Source of the DNA: Kayfunavirus T147P5
Sequence record: OZ035809.1
Direction: 5' to 3' (one strand)
Length of the DNA: 40,209 nt
In this document: in pieces, positions 33,595 to 40,209 of the stretch
Layout of the letters: the number at the start of each line of letters is the position of its first letter
Numbering within the stretch: the first letter of the stretch is position 1
The notes under the pieces: generated by a model
What the model was told of the DNA's origin: nothing
The model's database searches: none
The model's input: only the letters and a program-made list of their open reading frames with translations
Position numbers and translations under genes: made by a program

Positions 33595-36500
33595 GGAACG
33601 CAAATCCGGGTAATATCCGTAAGTCCAAAGACCAGTGGGAAGGTGCTATAGGCGATGATGGTGCATTCGTTATCTTCGACAGTCCTGAATCTGGGGTACG
33701 AGCATTAGCGAAAAACCTTCAAAGCTACGGTCGCCAAGGTTATGACTCTATCGAGAAGATTATCAACAGATGGGCACCTCCGAGCGAGAACGACACTCAG
33801 TCCTACATCGACTCGGTTGTATCTGCGACTGGTATTCCTGCAACTCAAAGTCTCGACCTATCGGACCCTGACACCCTGTCTTCTCTGGCACAAGCTATCG
33901 GCTTCCATGAGACAGGCTCCCGGTACGACCCTGAAGTCTACAAACAGGGAGTTGCACGAGCACTCAATGGCATTAGCCCAAAGACTCCACCAGTAAGCGC
34001 TAACGTATTTGACGCACTCACGGAAGGATTAAAGTCGAAACCTAAAGTATCTCTGGGTGAGAACCTTCCGACCGCTGCTGGTTTGAACATTGAGGGTCAA
34101 GCACCTGAAGCTCCCAACGAATCGTTCGGTGAGATGTTCTATAAGGCTACTGGAGAGACCATGCAGGAGCGAGAGGAGCGCTCTACGTGGTTCGGTTTTG
34201 GTTCTGCTACAGAAGCTGAAGTGAAGAACTCTATGGTAGGCGTGGCTATCCGCGCTGGTCAGACTGAGGACTCACTGGATGTCATTGGCGACGTGTTCAA
34301 CCCGACCCGCTGGAACAACCATAAGTGGTCTCGTGAGGAGCTGGACCAGATTCGTAACGCTGGGGTTCTGCCTCAGTATTATGGGGTAATTACTGGTGGG
34401 TCTCCTCAGAACCTGACCGAGCTTATTAACTTGGCTCTTGAGAACCAGAAGTTGGACCAAGAGAAGGCCAAGGCTGGGACTGGTGCTCAGTTAACTGCTG
34501 GTGTGATTGGTGCTGGTGTAGACCCTCTGACATACGTTCCTATCGCTGGACAGGTTGGTAAAGGTGGTAAGCTGGTCAATAAGATGTTCACCGTGGCTGC
34601 TCAATCTGGAGCACTGGCTGGTGTGTCCGAGATGGCCCGTACCTCAGTGGCTGGTGGTGATGCTCATGTGGCTGAAGCTATCCTTGGTGGTGCTCTCTTC
34701 GGTGGTGGTATGACTGCTATCGCCGATGGGTTAGGCAGAGCCTTAGGCCGCAACACTAATGAGTTCGCTGGCCCAGCTACACGTCTGGAAGCTCGTGAGA
34801 CCGCTCGTAATGTTGATGGTCAGGACCTGTCTCGTCTCCCTATTCAGGAAGGTGAGCATACCTTTAGTCATCAAGGCGTTAAGTTCGCTGACGTTCCTAA
34901 CGAGCCGGGTAGTGTACGACTTGAAGATGGTTCAATCCTGATTGGTGAGAACCCTCTGAACCCTAAGACACGTCAGGTCTTTGACGAAGTGATTGAGCCT
35001 GAACGTGCCGCTGCTGGTGTGAACCTTGGTGGTCTTACTGAGATTGGCCTGAAGCTGCTTCGGTCTGAGAACCCTGAGATTCGTGGAGTAGCTGCTGACT
35101 TAGTGCGTTCACCGACTGGTATGCAGTCTGGGGCCTCAGGTAAAATCGGGACAACTGCGTCAGACGTGTTCGAGAGACTTCGTGCTGTGGACCATCGGTT
35201 CTACAACGACATCGACGATGCGGTTACTGAGGCGCTCAAGGACCCATACTTCCAGACAGCATTCTGGCGAGACTCTGGCGCATTCCGTCAGGACATCTAC
35301 CAGCGTGTGTCTATGGCTATCGAAGATGGTAGTGGGAACCTGAAGGCTGAACTAACTCCGGGAGAACTGAAAGTCTACGACCTGCTGAAGAACCAGTTTG
35401 ACGCCAAGCGTGAGATGATGGAGAACCCAGCTATGTTTGGTCGGCCAGACGCTCAGTCTATCTTTCCGGGTAGCCGCTTCAAGGGGACCTACGTCCCGCA
35501 TGTGTATAGCAACCAGATGAAGGAGCTGTACATCAAGGAGCTTGGAAGCCCAGAAGCGCTACAGGAGGCCATCAAGAAGTCATGGTTGACAAGCTATGCG
35601 TCTCGACCTGATGTCAAGAAACGCGTGGACGAGGCACTCTTAGAGGCTGACCCTACGTTGACTCCAGAGGGACTTGCTGCTGCGGTCGATAAGTACGCCA
35701 ACGATAAGGCTTACGGTATCTCTCACACCGAGCAGTTCGAACGCTCATCCGTAATGGAAGAGAATATCAACGGTCTGGTGGGTCTGGAGAACAACAGCTT
35801 CCTTGAGGCTCGTAACCTGTTCGATAGCGATATGTCAATCGTCCTGCCTAACGGTCAGACCTTCAGTGTCAACAACCTGCGTGAGTGGGACATGGACAAG
35901 ATTGTCCCGGCCTACAACCGTCGAGTTAATGGCGATATTGCTATCATGGCTGGTACAGGCAAAACCACGAAGGACATGAAGGACTTGGTTGAGACCATGA
36001 TGAACAAGGCCGGGGATGACGGTAAGTTGAAAGGTGAGGTATCTACCTTACGTGACACCTTGAAGATTCTCACTGGTCGTGCTCGACGTGATGGGGCTGA
36101 TGATGCAGCCTTCGCTACAGTGATGCGTACAATGACAGACCTATCGTTCTTCACTAAGAATGCCTATATGGGTGTTCAGAACTTGACGGAGATTGGTGGT
36201 ATGCTGGCTCGCGGCAACGTTCGTGCTCTGCTGCATGGAGTCCCGATGTTCCGTGACCTAGCCTTCCGTAACAAGAAGGTAGGGGCTTCAGAGATTAAGG
36301 ACCTGCACAATGTTATCTTCGGTAAGGAACTGGATGACTCAATCCGTCCGTCTAAACAGGATGTCATTGACCGTCTGCGGTCTTACAGTGACCTAGGTCG
36401 TGGTGCAGCTACAGCTCTGGGGACTGCCAAGTATTACACTGGTGAACTTGCAGTACGCTCTCCGTTCACTAAAGTCCTCAATGGTACGACCAACTACCTG

Positions 36501-37463
36501 TTAGATGCTGGACGTCAAGGATTCCTGTCTGACATCGTGGAGCATAGCTTGACTGGTAGTAAGCGTAAGTTCGATGACCGCTGGCTGAAGACAGCTGGTA
36601 TCTCAGACGAGCAGTGGAAGGGCATTAAGTCCCTAATCCGTGAGTCAGTGACTCGTGGTCCAGACGGGAAGTACACCATCAAGGATAAGAAGGCGTTCAG
36701 TCAGGACCCAAGGGCTATGGACCTGTGGCGTATGGGTGACACCATCGCTGACGAAACGTTACTCCGTCCTCATAAGCTGTCCAACATGGACGCCAAGGCT
36801 TATGGTCCTATCGCTAAGACTGTCCTTCAGTTTAAGAACTTCGTCATCAAGTCCATCAATGGGCGAACCATGCGTACCTTCTATAACGCCACGAAGAACA
36901 ACCGAGCGATTGACGCTGCACTATCGACCGTGATGTCTATGGGTCTGGCTGGTATCTACTACATGGCTCAGGCGCACATCAAGGCTTATGCTATGCAGGA
37001 TGGTCGAGACCGTGACTACCTTAAGCAAGCTCTGGACCCGACGATGATTGGTTATGCGGCTCTGTCCCGTAGTTCACATCTGGGTGGCCCACTTGGGGTA
37101 GCTAACATTCTAGGAGGCATCGCTGGGTATGAGGACACTAAGATGCTCCGTTCGTCTATCCTACCTCGTTCGCCTACAGAGAAGCCTGAACGTGCCATCA
37201 CGTTTGGTGCAGCTACAAGTGACCCTGTGATGAATGTTGTTGGTAACTTCTTGGAGCAGGTTCCAGCTTTCGGATATGCTGCTAACGTTGGCGTTTCTGC
37301 TTACAACTTGGCTGGCTACCTCAAGGCTGATACTCGTGTCAACGAGCGAGACTACATGACCGGGATGTATAACACCTTCCGTGAACTGGTTCCGAACGAC
37401 CCGATTACTCAGAAGCTGTTGCTTGGAACGTTTGAGGAGCAAGGCATCCACATCAAGGACTAA
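33576..37463 (+). CDS. internal virion protein D (T7 gp16-like ejection protein)
   Basis: 1295-aa ORF; internal blocks FGF..A.EAE..NS.VG.A.RAG, TRWN.H.W..EELD.IRN, ITGGSPQNL..LI.LA.EN, AGVIGAGVDPLTYVP, SVAGGDA match T7 gp16 as recalled; N-terminal 150 aa may differ from T7. Confidence 0.85.
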   Translation: MATRGVRNANPGNIRKSKDQWEGAIGDDGAFVIFDSPESGVRALAKNLQSYGRQGYDSIEKIINRWAPPSENDTQSYIDSVVSATGIPATQSLDLSDPDTLSSLAQAIGFHETGSRYDPEVYKQGVARALNGISPKTPPVSANVFDALTEGLKSKPKVSLGENLPTAAGLNIEGQAPEAPNESFGEMFYKATGETMQEREERSTWFGFGSATEAEVKNSMVGVAIRAGQTEDSLDVIGDVFNPTRWNNHKWSREELDQIRNAGVLPQYYGVITGGSPQNLTELINLALENQKLDQEKAKAGTGAQLTAGVIGAGVDPLTYVPIAGQVGKGGKLVNKMFTVAAQSGALAGVSEMARTSVAGGDAHVAEAILGGALFGGGMTAIADGLGRALGRNTNEFAGPATRLEARETARNVDGQDLSRLPIQEGEHTFSHQGVKFADVPNEPGSVRLEDGSILIGENPLNPKTRQVFDEVIEPERAAAGVNLGGLTEIGLKLLRSENPEIRGVAADLVRSPTGMQSGASGKIGTTASDVFERLRAVDHRFYNDIDDAVTEALKDPYFQTAFWRDSGAFRQDIYQRVSMAIEDGSGNLKAELTPGELKVYDLLKNQFDAKREMMENPAMFGRPDAQSIFPGSRFKGTYVPHVYSNQMKELYIKELGSPEALQEAIKKSWLTSYASRPDVKKRVDEALLEADPTLTPEGLAAAVDKYANDKAYGISHTEQFERSSVMEENINGLVGLENNSFLEARNLFDSDMSIVLPNGQTFSVNNLREWDMDKIVPAYNRRVNGDIAIMAGTGKTTKDMKDLVETMMNKAGDDGKLKGEVSTLRDTLKILTGRARRDGADDAAFATVMRTMTDLSFFTKNAYMGVQNLTEIGGMLARGNVRALLHGVPMFRDLAFRNKKVGASEIKDLHNVIFGKELDDSIRPSKQDVIDRLRSYSDLGRGAATALGTAKYYTGELAVRSPFTKVLNGTTNYLLDAGRQGFLSDIVEHSLTGSKRKFDDRWLKTAGISDEQWKGIKSLIRESVTRGPDGKYTIKDKKAFSQDPRAMDLWRMGDTIADETLLRPHKLSNMDAKAYGPIAKTVLQFKNFVIKSINGRTMRTFYNATKNNRAIDAALSTVMSMGLAGIYYMAQAHIKAYAMQDGRDRDYLKQALDPTMIGYAALSRSSHLGGPLGVANILGGIAGYEDTKMLRSSILPRSPTEKPERAITFGAATSDPVMNVVGNFLEQVPAFGYAANVGVSAYNLAGYLKADTRVNERDYMTGMYNTFRELVPNDPITQKLLLGTFEEQGIHIKD

Positions 37464-37482
37464 ACTATCACTATAGGAAACG
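37460..37482 (+). promoter_or_regulatory. phage RNAP promoter (phi17-like)
   Basis: CTAAACTATCACTATAGGAAACG; overlaps gp16 stop; upstream of tail spike gene. Confidence 0.8.
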
Positions 37483-37528
37483 GGACGCTACCATAGGTCC
37501 CATTTAATTCAACACTTAAGGAGGCCCA

Positions 37529-40003
37529 ATGGCTGCAACATTCAATGACTATCCAATACAAGGCACTCAGTACCGAGTAGAGTTCCCATACTTAGCACGA
37601 CCATTCGTCCTTGTATACCTAACGTCCTCAGACCCTCTGGTAGCTCCTCTCCTACTTAGACTTAACTCAGAGTACACTTTCATGTCACCATATCTGATTA
37701 ATATCAGTGTTGCTATGGCTGGATATAATGGAGTACGTTTAGTCCGACAGACATCCTCAACACCGTTAGTAAACTTTGTAGATAGCTCAGCACTAACCGC
37801 TGGAGACCTCACAGTTGCCGAGGTTCAATCTATCCATATTGCAGAGGAGGCAAGGGACCAAACCTTCTCAATGACCAAGGAGATGGTAGACGCAGCACGG
37901 GCTTATCTTGATGAGATTGAGAAAGCGCTAGAGGAGATAAACAAGATTCTGGCAAACGGCTTCAATCCTGTAGGGTCGTTCGAGTCTGGTGCTGAAGTAA
38001 CGATTCGAAATGACACGGTTAGCTTAGGGTTCGGTTCATCCATTCAGTATTTCCAGTGGTGGGGTCAATTACCAAAAACTGTACCAGCGGGTTCAACACC
38101 AGAGTCAACTGGTGGATTAGGTAAAGGTAAATGGGTCCCAGTAGGTGATGGTCAGTTGCGCTCTGAGATTACTGTTCTGGACAGTATTAAGGACCTATTG
38201 TCATCTGCACAGGGTCTTGGTACTGTGCGTTCTGTAAAGGGGTACATCTCAGGTACAGACTTCGGTGGTGGTGACTTCTTGTGGGACCCAACATGTCCAC
38301 GGTCTAAACATAACGGCATCACAATATTCAGCCCAACGGTTCCATTCAGCGGCCTGTACGCAGACGTTCCGAGTTTCCACGCAGGGGTAGGAGAAACAGC
38401 ACCTGCCGAGACTGGCTGCTGGAGACGTAAGGATTGTGGACGTAAGCTATTACTGGCTTGGGGTGGAGTGGATGTATCTGGTACTCAACCAGTTGACGCT
38501 ATCTTGACTAGCATGTGTTCGTATGCACACAACACACGTCAGATTCTTGACGCAGAACCTAATGATGAACTTCAGGCTGGATTCTCGACAGGGACTCAAA
38601 CAAAGGATAAGTTCAACGGCTTCACCCAAGCGTCTGTCGTGCTAGAGAATAAGTACGTCACCCTTAGAGGTAACGGAGCTAAGATTAAGACCTATCACCC
38701 AATCCACAAGGAGCGCTCTGTGTTTGTCCTACGAAATGGTGGATATAACATCTCAGGGTTCAAATGGAACGATGGGTATACTGATTTCAGCATAGCACCG
38801 TCTGATACGCAGCATAAGCAGGGTGAATGGTGGCTTGGAATAGTTGCGGATGGCGGTGTAACTCTTGTGGCTGAAGACAACGAAGTAACTGCTGCGCAAT
38901 ACTTTGTCAGGGCTGATGTATTCAATGGTACGTCATGGAATGAGCGTGTATCGGTGCGCAAGAATAAATTCGCATATGTAACGAACTACTGCTTCCTTAG
39001 CCGCAAGCTTCGTCACTATGAGTTTAGTTACAACGAGGTTAGACACAATGGTAGGGAGTGGCATACCTATGGTGAAGCCTGTGCTCCTACTACCTATACC
39101 ACACACTCTGTTATCAGGAGTAATAACTTCTACAATCAGATTGCAATCCAATCGTGTATAACACCCGGTTCATACCACGAGTCGTGTTTAATCGTGAACA
39201 ATCACTGCGAGAGATATCAGGGTATCTTTGTAGAGATTGGGTCATCTAGCAATATTAGCATCCTAAATAACAGCTCCTATTCAACTGGAGAACGTAACGG
39301 GGCGCACATATTGTTGGTATCAGGAGATGTTGATGATGAACCTGCTGGAGGACTGAGTAACCTAATCATCAATGGTAACGTGTTTAAAGGTGGTGGTATG
39401 GTCGTGCGCGAGTATAACACTGGTACGCCAAAACGGTGGGGTATTTCGATTACCAATAACCACATGATTGACTGCCCTCTACCCACAATGACCAACTCTG
39501 CCTACAACTGCATAACTTTCTCAGGAAACTACTGTGAGCCGCCAGCGGACTTCCCGTTCCTTGCGATTGGTGGTAGGAATCCAATTATCGAGAATAACGT
39601 CCTACGAGGAGTGTCTATTAAGATGAGGGACTTAGGGTATCACATCGTAGGACTAACAGTTAGGAACAATAAGTTTGTGGACGGCGCTACTGTGCAGAAC
39701 TTCACTGCTGCAATCGACATGAACTATTACTCCAGACTTGTGGCTGAAGGTAACGACTTCACGGAATACACCTGTCAGTCAATCTTAGCACTTCCTATTA
39801 ACTCAGTTGAGGTGGGCTTCCACAGACTTGGCTCGGCAGAAGGACTTAAGGATACTCCTACTGCGTTATTTGGTGCAAAACTTACTGACGCATTTGCTGG
39901 AGATTTTGTGGCATGTTCCGACCCGCTGTCAAAAGGCGCATATGGATGGGTTATGATGAATGAACCTAATAAAACTTGGGGCAAGATTAACCTAACAACG
40001 TAA
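37529..40003 (+). CDS. tail spike: T7 gp17-like N-terminal adaptor domain fused to a large beta-helix (putative polysaccharide depolymerase) C-terminal domain
   Basis: 824 aa; N-terminal about 150 aa (RVEFPYLARPFV, DLTVAEVQSIHIAEEARD) resemble T7 gp17 N-terminus; remainder has repeated IxxNN/GN strands (LIINGNVFKGG, ISITNNHMIDC, IIENNVLRGVSI, LTVRNNKFVDG). Confidence 0.85.
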   Translation: MAATFNDYPIQGTQYRVEFPYLARPFVLVYLTSSDPLVAPLLLRLNSEYTFMSPYLINISVAMAGYNGVRLVRQTSSTPLVNFVDSSALTAGDLTVAEVQSIHIAEEARDQTFSMTKEMVDAARAYLDEIEKALEEINKILANGFNPVGSFESGAEVTIRNDTVSLGFGSSIQYFQWWGQLPKTVPAGSTPESTGGLGKGKWVPVGDGQLRSEITVLDSIKDLLSSAQGLGTVRSVKGYISGTDFGGGDFLWDPTCPRSKHNGITIFSPTVPFSGLYADVPSFHAGVGETAPAETGCWRRKDCGRKLLLAWGGVDVSGTQPVDAILTSMCSYAHNTRQILDAEPNDELQAGFSTGTQTKDKFNGFTQASVVLENKYVTLRGNGAKIKTYHPIHKERSVFVLRNGGYNISGFKWNDGYTDFSIAPSDTQHKQGEWWLGIVADGGVTLVAEDNEVTAAQYFVRADVFNGTSWNERVSVRKNKFAYVTNYCFLSRKLRHYEFSYNEVRHNGREWHTYGEACAPTTYTTHSVIRSNNFYNQIAIQSCITPGSYHESCLIVNNHCERYQGIFVEIGSSSNISILNNSSYSTGERNGAHILLVSGDVDDEPAGGLSNLIINGNVFKGGGMVVREYNTGTPKRWGISITNNHMIDCPLPTMTNSAYNCITFSGNYCEPPADFPFLAIGGRNPIIENNVLRGVSIKMRDLGYHIVGLTVRNNKFVDGATVQNFTAAIDMNYYSRLVAEGNDFTEYTCQSILALPINSVEVGFHRLGSAEGLKDTPTALFGAKLTDAFAGDFVACSDPLSKGAYGWVMMNEPNKTWGKINLTT

Positions 40004-40047
40004 TATAACTTTGGGTCACGGACGACCCGCTTTAAACTGGAGGTTTT

Positions 40048-40209
40048 ATGATTGAGTTAGACTTCAAGAATGAGGTCCTTAAAGCCTCTCCTATCGTCGG
40101 GACCGCTGCGGCTGATGGTGCCAGTCGGTTCTTCTTCGGACTTACACTGAACGAATGGTTCTACGTTGCAGCTATCGCGTACACCGTTGTCCAGATTGGT
40201 GTTCTAGTC
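40048..40209 (+). CDS. class II holin (T7 gp17.5-like), 3'-truncated by window end
   Basis: RBS CTGGAGG 40037-40043; MIELDFKNEVLKASPIVGTAAADGASRFFFGLTLNEWFYVAAIAYTVVQIG nearly identical to T7 gp17.5; ORF runs off the window in frame. Confidence 0.8.
   Translation, partial: MIELDFKNEVLKASPIVGTAAADGASRFFFGLTLNEWFYVAAIAYTVVQIGVLV

Noticed and set aside
33576-34050. Calling the gp16 N-terminus a lytic transglycosylase domain
   Set aside because: In T7 the gp16 N-terminus is a lytic transglycosylase, but here the first 150 aa or so do not obviously show the motifs I recall, so only the generic gp16 assignment is made; a profile search is needed.

Overview
The window reads as an essentially complete, circularly permuted genome (~40.2 kb) of a strictly lytic T7-like podophage (Autographiviridae-type organisation). 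All credible genes are on the + strand. In window order: end of the holin gene and terminase small subunit, an HNH endonuclease, spanins, terminase large subunit, gene 19.5, then about 1 kb of non-coding DNA (3.39-4.37 kb) that holds the probable genome ends, a collapsed terminal repeat, short-repeat arrays and an A1-like host promoter. After that come early genes (two unknown ORFs, an Ocr-like protein with a C-terminal extension, small membrane ORFs; no gp0.7-type kinase), the single-subunit RNA polymerase, DNA metabolism genes (ligase, gp2, SSB, endonuclease I, lysozyme/amidase, primase-helicase, DNA polymerase, exonuclease), structural genes (portal, scaffold, capsid with a probable -1 frameshift extension, tail tubular A/B, internal virion proteins), an 824-aa tail spike with a beta-helix C-terminal domain, and the holin, truncated at the window end. 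Eleven copies of a phage-RNAP promoter (consensus CTAAACTATCACTATAGGGA) and a T-phi-like terminator after the capsid gene are visible. Five HNH homing-endonuclease genes are interspersed. No tRNA, CRISPR, integrase or lysogeny functions were seen. Protein identities rest on by-eye comparison with T7 proteins recalled from memory plus synteny; no database search was run.
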